Shown here in pieces: positions 38,046 to 51,410 of a DNA stretch of 64,000 nucleotides. Origin of the DNA: Blasia pusilla (Eukaryota); NCBI GenBank assembly GCA_050084515.1, contig CM114271.1, forward strand, positions 25,668,001 to 25,732,000, given 5' to 3'. The notes under the pieces were generated by a model that was not told the DNA's origin, searched no databases, and saw nothing but the letters and a program-made list of their open reading frames with translations. Position 1 is the stretch's first letter. Every line of letters begins with the position of its first letter. Position numbers and translations under genes: made by a program.

Positions 38046-41000
38046 TTTGGGCACTGCCACACAACAGGTGTGATATCCAGTGGGGTCAACGTCTCCACTC
38101 CAAGAGCCCGATCGCCACGTGACTCTCGCTGCTCTGGGACAAAAACATGACTCCACGCCTGCCTCACGAGGTCATCGGCACTCCTTTTTAGCTCCCGAGT
38201 CATACCCCACAATGGTGAAGAGGCCTCGCCAACATGGGAAGAGACACCCGCCATGGCCTGTCTCTCCGTGGGACTATCCGCTACCGGGACATCCTCCGCA
38301 TGTGCGATCCCCTCCAACAACTCTCTTGGCCAGCTAACACTACTTGTGAAAGCTGCCAACGTGGTCACAGACTCGCCTCGTGATCGACCACCTCGTCTCG
38401 CAAACTGCACGGGTAACTAACTCATCCGGCCGTCACCTGACCGCCATCCTGGCCGATAAGCAACGGTCTTCTCCCAGAAGTCAAGGATGAATCCTAGGGG
38501 ATATAACACTGTACTCCCCACCAACACATCGTACGACTCAACTGGTGTCGTAATCGCACGTGTGCGCACCATAGCACTATCCGTTGCATGCTTTGGCTGG
38601 ACTCTGACAACAATCTCCTGTCGAGTCATATACTGAGTGGGTGATACACCCCCAATCGAGGTCTGTATCTGGAAGGGACAAGGCTCAATGTCGGCCTTCC
38701 GTAACCCCAACACTAAACACGCCACCTTCCCTAACATCAAGGGTTGCGCTCCCGAATCAAGTAGGACGCGATGCGGGTGGTATATTGTCCCCGTCGGACT
38801 AACCAAGCGAAATACTCCACCTCGTTTATCCAATAACACTACTCCAGGTGTCACCACTGCTTGCTCTATGGCCGGTTAAGCTGGCATATCTACCAACTTC
38901 GCCGCCGCCGCATGCCATGACTCTGTAGGGAACGTCCCAAGCACCGGCTCTGAGGGCAATTCCACCACCTCCTCAACTACATCTCCACCTCACACAACAT
39001 GGCGCCCAACAAGAAGCAACCCCAACGCCGCCAACTCTATGGCGGAAAATAGCGGAGTCGACTCACTCTGGTGGCCACCTCCAACACTATGGTCGACATT
39101 GACTCCACTGAGCCGGGCATAGGAGTTGTCACTCCAACTCCTCGTGGCGCCGACGAGGTGCCCGAATCAGAGGCACCGCTAGTCGCCGAGGCACCATCGA
39201 TGGTGTGTGTAGTGCCCTCGATAAAGTGTGAACGATCGTGTGGAACCCTCGCCGCCGCCCATCGGTCCCCCCTCGGTGGGTCAATCTCAACTCCACCTCT
39301 CGATGGCTCCGTGCCTCGCAAAGACCGAGTCACCACCGCATTTGCCTCAACCTGGGCTGCACTACACATAAATCCCATCTTGGCGAGATCCTCACCCGGT
39401 CGAGTAAGAGGTAGAAGCCGAGTCACACTAGCCGCCGCAGACTCGTGCCGTTTTCTAAGCCTGCATCATCGTCATGGCAGCAATCCTCTGCTCCAATTGA
39501 TCGATGCGTGAGAGAAGTGCCAGCTCTAGTGCTCCTGCTCCATCTCCTTTGGCTGGTGGTGGTCCTCTACCACCACGTCTAGGAAGAACTCCCCGACCTC
39601 CTCCAGGACGACCGCCCCCAGACCCTCGGCCTACCTCTAGACGTGCCCCTCGGCGAAGGTCAAAACATCTATCCCTAGTGTGACCATATCGGTGGCAATG
39701 GTCACACTGGTGCTGTGGTGGGGCCATCCTCTATGGCTCTTGAGCAATCGGAGGCGCTGGTGGTCCTCTCCCATACTGTGGGCAGTCTCTCTGCCTATGG
39801 GCCATTCCACACGTCCAACAAGACCACATCGCTCCCTGCTAGGCAACATATGTAGGTGCGGGTTGTTGCCTCATAGGCTCACGGTACCCGCCCTGCTCTC
39901 TAGGCACACAGGCCCGCTCCCGTGGTACAAGTGCTCGCTGTGGCACCTGTGGGGTCACCGTCGCTTGTGGACCCGTCGACTCTCGAGAAAATCCAGCGGT
40001 CACTACCTGCTCCTCACTCATGTTGAGCTCAATACGCTCAGACAACTCAAAGACCACCTTCAATGTTGGCTTCGCTGTGGGAATCAGCACCGCATCTCGG
40101 ACTCTCCTCCGTAGTTCTCGGTCCAGAACCCCGTACCAATATTGGACTGACTGCGCCTCAGTCACTCCAAACGTAGCAATGATCAGCCTCCTTATGCGTG
40201 TGAATGCCTCTCTCAGACTCTCACCCGATTGTCGCTGAAAGTCCTCAGAGACTCTTGACTTGTCGGTGTGTACATACAGTAGCTCTTCCCCAACGCCGGA
40301 AGAACTCCTTTGTGGGGCTGAAGTTGGGTGGCCCTCTACCACAGAGGTCTCTCGCCACATCTTTGTCTCACTGCCCTCCTCTCCATCTAGTCTCCGGGCT
40401 GATGGTGCGGGTCTCTCTCCTCTCACAATCCCTCATATGCCTCGCGACCACTGGTGGACACATACCCTGGAGCCCAATACATCCTCCAGGCATCGATCTC
40501 TACTGAATATAGTGATCGAAACTCCAAGTAGTCATCCATCGGAGGACCCTCCAAGTGCTGGAACAACCCCTTCCATGCCATGAAAGGGTTGAACAGTGTC
40601 GGGGTCCGTATCTCTTGGAAGTCGCACCATGTGTCGAACTCCTGGATAAAATCATCTAAGTCGATCGTGCCCACTGCACCCGAGAAACAACGCATGCCCC
40701 GATGGCCCATGTCGTCCATCTCCTGCCAAGTACTATTGTCTCTGTCTGTGATCTCATCACCAGACCCAGTGTCGAGTGATGACGATCCAGCCACGGATGG
40801 ATGTCGAGGTAGCTCCTCACTGGTAACCCCTCGGTATCTCACTCCACTCCGTGTCACACCACTACTACTGCTCGTACTACCCCGTTCTTCCGAACCCTGG
40901 AAGAACGTCGTGGTGACAAACCCTGTCTCACCCGCTCAAGCACTCAGACTTACCGAGAGTCTCCCACACGCCTCACTAGCTCACCTATGCTAACATCAAC

Positions 41001-41254
41001 CCCGTGATGACATACCCGGCCTCACGCACGCTCAACACTCGGGCTCACCATGAGCCTCCCAATTGACTCTCCTAACCTAGCGACACTCTCTCGGGTCATA
41101 CACGCGACCCCTACTCGGCAACTGCCGTATATCCACCAACATGCTGCACATGAAAAGAATCTACATTTGTCACCATCACTACACCCATCTAGCACCAACT
41201 ACTACCCAATACCCAGCATTCTAAATCACACACGATAAGTGCGGGAAAAGGGAC

Positions 41255-41685
41255 TCGAATGGGGGGCATCGGCCCCCATTCGAGGGGGGCATCGGCCCTT
41301 GGCCCGTGCTCCCAACTTGCGGGAGAACAACGGAGGGAGGGGAGGGCCCGCGGCCCTATGCGGCCCTCCCCAAGTGCGCGGAAAGGGAGGGGGCGTCGGC
41401 CCATGGCCCGTGCTCCCAACCTGCGGGAGAACAATGGAGGGAGGGGAGGGCCCGCGGCCCTATGCGGCCCTCCCCAAGTGCGGGAAAGGGAGGAGGGGGG
41501 GGCCGTCGGCCCTTGGCCCGTGCTCCCAACCTGCGGGAGAACAACGGAGGGAGGGGAGGGCCCGCGGCCCTCCCCAAGTGCGGGAAAGGGAGGGGGGGGA
41601 GGGGGTAAGGGTCCGCGGCCCTATGCGGCCCTTGTAAATGTGCGGGGTGGGGGAAGGGCCCTCGGCCCTATGCGGCCCTTGTAAC
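41255..41685. repeat. GC-rich tandem repeat (~3 x ~110 bp plus partial units) in the E3 5' leader
   Basis: Unit ggcccgtgctcccaacctgcgggagaacaacggagggaggggagggcccgcggccc... Confidence 0.9.
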
Positions 41686-42133
41686 TCCGCTCTCTCCGTC
41701 CGCCTGTCCGCGCCCCTCGCCCGTCCGTCGTCCGCCTGTCTACCACCTCGTGACCCTTGGCTCTTGACTCCGTGGTCCTCCGGCCCTCGCCCGTGACCTA
41801 ACCCTAGACCGGCCGCAACCTAGCTAGCCGTCTTTACTTAACAGCCCCCGGCGGCTGCAAGACCCAAACCTTCCTTTCTTCTCTCTCTCGACACCCTCAC
41901 TTGCGTACACCCGACGCCCCACCACACACTACACTCGGCTGCTGTCCCCCATCAATCCGCACCTGCAAAATCTGAGAAAAAATGGACAGCGCTTCCGCCC
42001 ACGGCCTTCCAAACATAAAAATGACAAACACCCGCAACACACGCGTCTCCAGGGGCTCCCGACCAAGGCAACTCGCTTGCCTACCTGCAAACAACAAATT
42101 CCCACCAGCCCCCTAACATCTTTCTCATGTAAA

Positions 42134-42608
42134 AATAAAGAGTAGTAAAAACGGCACACCCGGCCTAAAACTCCACTCCTCAATCTACATCGGCATATCG
42201 AGCCTCGTCCACCCTGTGCTATCAAGGAATCCGGACGCTAGCACCCTAGTCCTAGCTCACACACATACAAGGGAGGTGCTCCAACGGACCAACATGAAAA
42301 AGATAGCTTAGGAAAGCCATCTTCCTCTCTTATATAGGGTTGGGAAGGGCCAAAAGGCTCTTCCCCTAAAAATAGCCCTTCCCTTGGTAACTCTACAAGA
42401 CAGTCACCGGGGCGGGTGACCTGGTCAACAAGTCACCTGGCTGTAAAAGACCTCAACATGAAAGTTGTCAGAAACAACGTTCCTGACACAATGGACCTAT
42501 CCTCAACCTCATCCGACACCGTGGGACAAAGTTACACTCAAGATAGTCCGTTGGCTCCTACGCCCTATCCACGATAGATCTCGGCCTATCAGCTACTCAG
42601 ATGTGACA
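42134..42608 (-). repeat. E3 repeat A1, with TATA-like ctatataag on the minus strand
   Basis: Direct repeat of 33053-33529. Confidence 0.93.
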
Positions 42609-45600
42609 TATTTGTCCAAAAAATCTTATTGCAAGGTCACATCATATGCACTTGACTTATGTGTTTACAATTCATTAGCCGATTAAGGTGGAAATACAAT
42701 ATTCTGAGCACCATAAAATTACTAAGAGCTTGAAATTGTAATTGCATGATGTAAACATCTACAAACACTTGCTCTCTTTATTTTAAAATCTTATATCATG
42801 CTCCACTTTGTTGTTTTGAATACCATGCATCCAAGTTATCACATCATAGTTGGTTGATTGTCAAAGTTCTAACGTGTTGACAAGGAAGGAAATTATTGGG
42901 TTATTCGGTTGTGTCTTTCTACTAAGAGATTGGATAAGATTGATGTCATCCAATCTCTTAGGAGAAAGCCACAACGGAAGAACCCAATAATTTTGAGGAT
43001 TTTTTGGGATTATCATTTTATGATATTTCTCTTTTTTTCTATTTTGGGTTGGGTGTCTTGTTGCCTTGATCAATGATCACTTTTTAACATGTGCTCACAT
43101 GTTACCAATGAGGGCTATCTTTGGAGGTGGAGATCTCTTTTGGCTCTACTGAGGGATACATAAGATGAGGAGATGACTCATAAGAGAAATTTTCCTCATG
43201 TTGCGCCTAGGAAACACTTATAGTTCTAGGGGTTGTGTACAAATTTTTCCATATAATGGGAAGATCAAAACTTTATGATGTGGGTTGATTTGCGATGTAA
43301 ATTATATGCCAATGGGTATGTGCATGACAGAGTGATTCCGTCCTCTGAATTTTGAGAAAAAATTCGTTTTCTCCCATAAAAATTAATAAAATCTTTCTCT
43401 CTTTATTATTTGGGAAAAATTACTTATTTCTCATCTTTTCATTAGAAAAATGAAAACTATCCCCGATTCCTTTATCCCCCTAAAAATTATTTTTTCTTCT
43501 CCATTCTAATTTTATTCCTTCTTTTTTAGTTATTTGTGTGTAGTACTACAATAATATAGATATGGATACCTATTCATTATGAGGTACTATATACTTCTAA
43601 AATGATACTTTTGGGAGCTTCTTTTTATAAAGGATAATACACCTCAAATAGATGTGAAAAATTGAGACAATATACTCCTTAAGAATACTTATTTAAAGAA
43701 ATTTTTAATATAAATTCAATTTTGACTGATTGTCGTCCTTAGCTAGGTCATTGGTAATTCTAAGTTTTTGCATATACTTTATGAAATGCAAGTTCTCAAC
43801 ACTCAACACTCAAGCGATATCCTTCTCATTCATTCACAATACTAACTACACATACTGTCATCGACTCTCCCGCACATAAGGCAAGTAGTGTAAGTCTGGT
43901 CTCTTCCGTCCAACGCACATACTTCAATTCATCCAAGTTCTATTTGATCATTTCTGTAAATCCCACATTCCACGTTAGTGCAGCCTCTAACATTTGTTTC
44001 TTCTTTTGTTTTCTCAATCTTTCTCTGATATACTCGTTAGCAAAAGCGACGCCACAATATATAAGAAGCATATTTAATGAGATTACAAGAATCGGTCAAA
44101 CTCTAGTCCCTTCCACTTGGCGTGATAAAATAATTACATGAATGGGACATATGAGTTAAAACTGAATTTCATGGTTAAATTTTGAGGTTTGGATACATTA
44201 AGGGCCCATTTTCTTATCCTTCGTATATCCTCGATAATGATGTTTTTTATGCAAGCAACAACAATAATGCAATTCATGAAATATTAATTGGGGCAACATC
44301 CTCTTCTTGATATGAAAGCTCTAGGGTCTTTGTCTTCTGTAGAAAGCTCTAGGATTGCACAGTCTGCCGCTTTTGGGCCTACTAACGTGGTACTCAGGGG
44401 CCCCTTGGACATGTATGAGAACTTCATTTCCCGAGCCCTCTATTGGCCTTGGGAAATACCCCTTGTCTGATAATGTGCGCCCTTCTCTAGCAGGGAGAGA
44501 ATCTTTTACATCATCTTCCAAGTCGGAAGGATACTCTAGCTAGGCTTAGTCTCTCTCCCCAAGGAGGATTGATCTTGAAGTGCAACTTCTCCACTTACTC
44601 AAACGGACACAATCCTCCAGAGATATGGAAGACCATTTGGAATCTTCCAATGGCTCTTGATAAGTTGTCTTAACACCAAAAAAAAATTTTGATGAATTCA
44701 CCTTGCTTACATTCTATCCCTTTCCTTGAGTGGATTTTTTTATTTTCTTGTTGCCATCCCGTTCTTTTTTGTAGCTTCGTTGTGCAATTGTGTTGAAGAT
44801 GGTTACATGTTGGAGTTGCACTTAAACCTAGAGGAGTTGTCGCAGACGGGAGGTGATGCAGAGCTTGAGCTGCCAAAGGAGCTGGAGGGAGCTGCCAAAG
44901 GAGCTATAGTTGAACCTGGAGCACTTGAAACCTTGAGGTTTTCTCAAGGTTTCAAGTGCTAGAACTATAAGATTAAGAGTAGAATGGTATTTCCGAAATT
45001 GTACATGTATTTCTTGCATCAAGAACTTAGAGTAATGCTCAAATACTCTTATACAACATCGTTAGAGAAGACGCATGTAATCGTCTATAGACATGAATAA
45101 AGTTATGAAGCTCACAATTAAGCATGAATAGCTTGTGTTATTTGAATGCATGAGTAAATGGAACGAATGTTACCTGAGCAGAAAATGAAGTGCGCACAAC
45201 AGTTAAGGGTTTTCGAATTATTGCGCTACAATAAATACCTTATACCATCCGAGGTCCTCCGGAGTACCCTGCCACCTCTTCGAGAAGGTAAAGGGCCATT
45301 TCATCGATGGATGTCCCTCGTTGGGCAGATCTAACTACCTTTAGGACAGACAATTAGAATCGTCAAACAGAATACCGAATGCAAAACCTTTTTAAGCCAT
45401 TACGACGCGCTAAACCTTAAGAGCTCCCAATCCAACGACTCTTACGAATCTCATCGAACGGCTAAGAGTTGCGAAAATCATGTTAGACCGACGAAAAGTA
45501 TTGCTTTCTGGTTGGCTGAAATGCCATGTGTCAGACCTTGAAGTATTTGCACATCAAGATGGCACTCTCCCATAATAGTTTAGATTAACTAGTTGCACGA

Positions 45601-46842
45601 TAACTTAGATTTTTAAAAACTTGATGAGCTCACTATATTTCCATTTCATTTATTGGATAAATCTCTTAAAATTAAGATGAATAAAAATTTGACATCAATG
45701 TACAGTTCTAATAAAAACTAGTTTACAATCTATGCTTTGCATAGAATTAATTGCACCTCACTCAAATTCAAACCAATTCATTATTGGGCACTAGGAAATT
45801 TATTGTTAATCATGTTATGAAAGTATTTTTTTCTTCTTGCCTTTGCTCCCTATGCTAATCAATAACACTATATCCTCTAATGATATAGATTGATGGTAAA
45901 TGTATCTTCATGTCTTGATTCTTTCTAAATGAAAATTTTAACTATATTATTTCCTAAGTAAAGAGAGCTTGACAGATGTAACAAGCTGGAATCATTTCAT
46001 TATAACATATCCTTTCACACTTCCTCTTTTAAGGGGTTTTTCCTAAAAGGAAAAAAAAAATCCTTCGGTTACTAGTACAGGTTATAATTGGAAAGAAAAT
46101 TTTGACAAAAGCATATCACTAAATGAAATTCCACTTACCCGCCTAATAGCCTTAATTGCCCGACTAATAATCCCAATTACTCAATTAACCTCAAACAAGT
46201 CTCTTAACCTGAATTCAATATTTTTACCCCTATCAAAATCCAAAGTTAGATGGCATCCATGTCAAAACCCCAATACTAACCTATGAGTCCGTCCAATGCC
46301 TTAAATTCCCCATGATTCCTAAAGTGATATTCAGGATCCAAACTCTCTCTTAAATGAAAAATCAACTATCATGTTATAAATTTAACATACATTAATTTGT
46401 TTCCATAATGTACAAGCATTCTTAGAGCAACTAGACTTGGAGACTTTTTTAGTTCATCTTTCGGAATGACAAGGGGAAGTAATACTATTATATTCTCACG
46501 TAAGACATAAAATAAGAAAGAATGCTTCCAATTGGATATTCAGATGACCGAAATCTGACCTAAAAGTACTCTGATCGGATGTTCCCTTCTGGATATTTGG
46601 ACGACAAAAATCTAACCTGAAAATTTTTCTCGGATGCTTGTGAATATTACTGATCTGAAAAACCGCCAATTGCATGTCTTTAAAAAGCTCAACAAACCTC
46701 AGTGTCAAGAATCAGGAAGGTCAGGTAATAACACAAATGACACTATGATTGTGAATGTACTTACATGGCTCCAATTTTTTTGTAGTTTGATCGAACAAAC
46801 TACAAAAAAATCGAAGTGAAATCAGTCCTTACATTGACACAA

Positions 46843-46898
46843 TTTAAGTGTGGGATCCAGAATTGAACAAATTTTCAATTTTGGATCCCACACTTAAA
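46843..46898. repeat. Near-perfect palindrome (25-bp arms, 6-nt loop) with TTAA at both ends; possible mini-MITE
   Basis: tttaagtgtgggatccagaattgaa-caaatt-ttcaattttggatcccacacttaaa; one mismatch. Confidence 0.85.
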
Positions 46899-47575
46899 GT
46901 TTTGATTTGTTGAGCATAGACATAACTGACCATCCATTTACGAGCATGTTTTAAGGGCATACATGCACAATCACTGCGAACTGGGGACTTCCTAATGATT
47001 CAAAGACTCCTTCGACACCTACCAAAACACCTCTACAAGCCTCCTAGAGGACTGCGGAAATGCCAAAGTCGGGTATCATGAGGAAACATGGATTCAAGGT
47101 ATGAAGAGAATAAGTATTGGGTTTTATCCTACTTTCACTTGTACTCAAGGACACACAAGAACTTCGAACAAGTAGCTCACAAGTTGGAAGCCTGGCGCCT
47201 CTTGTATGAAACAATCAACTGACGGGCAGATACAGCGTCATCAATTGACATGACTGTCTGGCCACAGCTTGATCTCTGTTATAGCATGAAGAGAAATAAG
47301 CAGTCATTGGATGATAATCAGCTGCGACATTATTTGCCCTATCCTATTAATGCAGTAGCCCAAGAACCAGGCCCACGTTCCAAGAAGACAGAGAATCAAA
47401 ACCTTCTGTTCCATCTGTAAACTCATCTTTCAGACAAACTCACGACAGATACGAGACAGCTCCTAATGAAATCTCCTCAATGAGATTTTCATTTGTGGAT
47501 ATTGTCTGATTCACATCCAACCACCTACAAAATGGAGTTGAGATATGGAGATTTGTCCAGACCAAATATCTCTGC

Positions 47576-48714
47576 TTACGCGGTTGATGACTTCTGAATT
47601 TGATATTGGCAAGCAACGATTGGAACAGCTGTTCCCAATGCCAAACTGCCGAAAACCAGAAGCCCCATTTTCAAAGAGCGCTGCTTCATGTTGGTAATGT
47701 CATACATATGTGGTGCATGAAGATAGTCATTGCTATATAGCTCACCGCCGGAAGAACCATGTCCAGCTTGCTTCATTCCCGATGAGTGGAAAGTTCGATT
47801 TCCTGCATTGAGTCGACGACTTCAGGATTGTATCACAAAGTTATTCGCACTACCATCCTGACACAAAAATAAATACGAAAAATCGGACCATAATTCTTTC
47901 TCATCTCCTCTTTGATAGTTACGCTTCTGACTTTTACGTGACACAGGTCACGGAACTGGAAGGGGCAACTTCACGGTGGTGACTGACGCTACCCTAGATG
48001 ATACATCCCAGCTCTGCGAGTAGTACTCATGTGGCTTCTAGAAAACGCCTAGACATTATCACGTCTGATCTATGTACTGTAAGTACCTCATTTCGTGATG
48101 AAAGGCTAGATATGGCTAACAAAATTCACTTCCTGCATTGTACAGTGAAATTTGCGCGAAGACACAGGACTTAATCAAAATTGAACCTCTACACAGAGAT
48201 GCTTCTAGCACCCGTCGGGAAACAAAGCTATGTCTCTAACAACTTTCAGATCCAGAAATTACAACACCAACTTTATCAAAAGCTCCAATTTGTCAACAAA
48301 ACCGCTCAGGTCCTATGATCCTCTAGCCTCGAGTTCATCAACTCAACGAAAATTCTCACGCCCGATCTTCCCCCACACGAGCTAAGAGATCCTAAGGAAT
48401 GGAGCCACTCTCAACCCCAACGAACACTCAAACATGCCCCAAACCCTATCGACGACACTTGAGCGAATGGGCAGAAAAACATCAGCGTAGATCACCAACA
48501 TGGCACCATAACAGGCAATGCCTTCCCATCGGGCCAATCTAAAAAACTTACATAGCACAATCCGGAGCTTAAAAACGCCCATCGATCACCTGCGATACCG
48601 ATCCGCCAGTGTGCGAGAAACAGCGAGAAAGAAAAGCCACTCACCTGCCTGTGGCACGATTGCCTTTCTTGTGGCCAGACGACGCAGCACCGTGCTCACC
48701 ATGGACGAAGACAT
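47576..48714 (-). CDS. Small mitochondrial single-TM protein, cytochrome c oxidase subunit VIIc-like (98 aa); exons 48714-48645 and 47802-47576
   Basis: Mitochondrial presequence MSSSMVSTVLRRLATRKAIVPQ; phase-1 GT-AG intron; YLHAPHMYDITNMKQRSLKMGLLVFGSLALGTAVPIVACQYQIQK resembles plant COX7c-like proteins. The gene structure is more certain than the name. Confidence 0.7.
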
Positions 48715-49113
48715 GATTGCTGGAACCAGACACCGCTGCCTACGGTTCTATGGAACTGATATGTTCAATTTTGGTGCTATGTCTGGAATTTGCTTAACGA
48801 TCTTCGCACTTCTTACCTTTGCAGACTCCAATTCGCTCACTACTTCCCAGAGCGTGGGCTTGCTCTCTAACCCTAAGTCGGTAACCCAACGAGGGTTTCC
48901 AACTATACCATGATTACACTAACCAGGTCATTTTAATGGTGATGAGGATATCCATACTATAATGCGCAACCCACAAGTAGATTAAAAAGAATACAAAATT
49001 TAAATAGAAAATAGAATGGGAAACCCATCACGATACAAACGAGGGGTATAGAAAGCCAAAAAAACCCCAAGGGCCAAAATCGGCCCCGAAGAGATAGAAA
49101 GGGCCCTCCCTCC

Positions 49114-49547
49114 CTAACGATCAAAATCACCAACATTAGAAACAATATCAGCAACACCTAGAGAACTAAGGTTACTATTAAGTGGGCCTCTAGCATTGAC
49201 GTTTCCAACCGTCTGAGCCCGCCGCAAAAGCCCATTTGCTTGGGCACGCTGCAAAGCTATGGAGACCCGTTGCCTACAATAAAGTATCCCAGTGGCTGAG
49301 GACAACCCATTTCTCGACTGGAGATGATGGGCGCAATCCGTAAGGAACGAGTCAAACCTCTCCCCCATAGCCCGTACATCTCAATAGCTAGGGGGATAAA
49401 TCGATGTCCGTCATGAAGTCGACTATAAATGTGGATCTTCTTGACCGCCGCCGCCAATCTCCCTTGTGCCACCACTTGGGCTCGCACCGCCTCCCACGTA
49501 GGATCCATCACTACAACATCCACTACCACCACCTCAGACTCCCGTGT
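49114..49547 (-). mobile_element. 5'-truncated non-LTR retrotransposon: C-terminal restriction-like endonuclease (CRE-like)
   Basis: VVVDVVVMDP...AVKKIHIY...FIPLAIEMYGLWG/ERFD...RQRVSIALQRAQA; one frameshift. Confidence 0.7.
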
Positions 49548-51204
49548 CATGTAGATATCAGCACGGATAAGGGAATCTCATAAGTGAACAAGGTTTTGTT
49601 GCTACCATGGCCGGAAGACTTGTACCAATTACACATGACACGGCAAATGCTTCCCTTCTGTCCAAAAGGAGGTACGGACATATGCATGTCCATCAATTCC
49701 AAGGCCCTACGACGTCTTGACCAATGCGTATCATTCTTTTGAATGAAAAACACAATACGTCCCAACCAATAATCCTTTTTTGCAACTCTTGCCTCCACTA
49801 CAAGTCTCTTTTCCCTTCCTTTTCTTTGACTTTGTTGATCTTGTGGAAGGGCCAACATCAAGTGTAGATTCAAACAAAACTGGGATATCACTACCAACAT
49901 CAACTAAACAAGTTGGCCAATTAGGATCATGATCCTTTCCCTTGCCCTCGTAATTTACAGTAGGCACTATTGAATGGGGAATCACCTTAGTAGTCAAGTC
50001 AATTGAATACTGCAGTTGAGTGCTTGTTCGAGGTTGGCGCATGGTGGCATTACAAGAGGTAGTCGCATGGTGGCTCCAAGGAGATGCACATGATTGCAGC
50101 AGAGCAATGGTAAGGAGAGGAATATTTTTGTTGGGCGCATTAGGTTGCAAATATCTCTCTTTCACGACCAAATTCGATTTTCCCCACGACCAAATGTGAG
50201 AAAAGAGAGAGAGAGGTCACATGCTTACCTAAATCAACCTCAAAACAAGAGGGTGGACAACAATAAGCCAACAAATGCCAAACAATGGTGAACCAACTTC
50301 AACAATAAGCCGAAAATGATAGACATACACGAACGATTCCAAAGAAGCACAGTCCGTCCGTCCGAGGTTTCAGTATCGCAAGATGTAGATCCCATTGAAA
50401 AAAAAGAACGCCTTGAGCTACTTCACGAGCTGCTTCACAAGTAGGTATTAGTTACCACGGATCAAAGAAAGCTTTTCAACATATCTGCTATTCGTGAAGA
50501 ACTCAACAGAGGATTGATCAAAGCTTGCTCGATCGTGAAACCTCCTTACAACCCTTCTGCAACTTACTTGCAAGCTCCTCTTCCGAGTGGCGGCTATTCA
50601 TCTTTTCTTGGAAGGTTTTCCCTTAAACCCAAACCCGATTCAAATCTACTCGGGAGAAATAATGGGAAAATGGTTGAGGGAGGAAATCATTTTTAAAAAA
50701 ACTATCTTTTTCCCTCTAAATTTCCCTGCAAAGAACCAAAGAATTTCCTACCTAGGGAGGATAATCATAATTAAATTTGGAATAAAAATAAATAAATTTT
50801 ATGTAATAAATATGTATTATATTTTTTTTGAGTATTAATCCTATCTTATGTGAACGTCTTCCATGGAAGGGCAACTAATATAAAGACCCTATTGTTCATT
50901 TAAGAGCGCCATGGAATAAATTGAACCCTATTGTTCTTCCACGAAACTTAATAAGTCTTCTGAGGGACGCAATTAAAAAAACCCCTTACTTTGTCACACG
51001 TGATGGGGCATATTTGTGGAAGTGAGACCCCCTAGAATATTCCAATTATTCCAAATATGGACTTTTTGACTATTGGTAGTCTACTCATAAGGTATATGTA
51101 TCTAATTTTATGTAAGTATAGTTGTGTGTTAAACCATGTATTAAACCACGATTTGTATGTTGACCTATTCTTTATTTTGTAAGGCCTTCAAATGACGATA
51201 GAGT

Positions 51205-51410
51205 AACAGTGGGACAAAATCAAGGAGCTTACATGGAGGACGTTTATATATCGCCAAGGCTTGAGAATGAGGATGGAGTAAGAGAGGGAGAAAATCAAGG
51301 AGCTGACATACATGACATTTACATATCGCCAAGGCTTGAGGATGGAGTAGTAGGTGGAGAAAATCAAGGAGCTCACACAGAGGACATTCATATATCGCCA
51401 AGGCTTGAGT
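51205..51410 (+). repeat. Three 60-66 bp tandem coding repeats upstream of the Helitron Rep
   Basis: G(Q/E)NQGA...D(V/I)(Y/H)ISPRLE x3. Confidence 0.85.

Larger units (their letters stand above)
32922..42608 (-). mobile_element. Element E3: full-length (9687 bp) Gypsy-type retrotransposon with DNMT and PHD domains, split direct repeats and 4-bp TSD tatt
   Basis: TSD at 32918-32921 and 42609-42612. A1 42608-42134; gag ~40720-39400; PR 38857-38417; DNMT ~38045-37115; RT 36700-36024 (YIDD); RH/IN 35950-33900; PHD 33885-33752; PPT ~33671-33680; B1 33670-33532; A2 33529-33053; B2 33048-32922. Confidence 0.95.

Noticed and set aside
41189-41684. G/P/R-rich ORFs in several frames
   Set aside because: Artefact of the GC-rich tandem repeat
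44288-45022. Short ORF cluster, possible gene or TE remnant
   Set aside because: No recognisable motif or consistent exon structure
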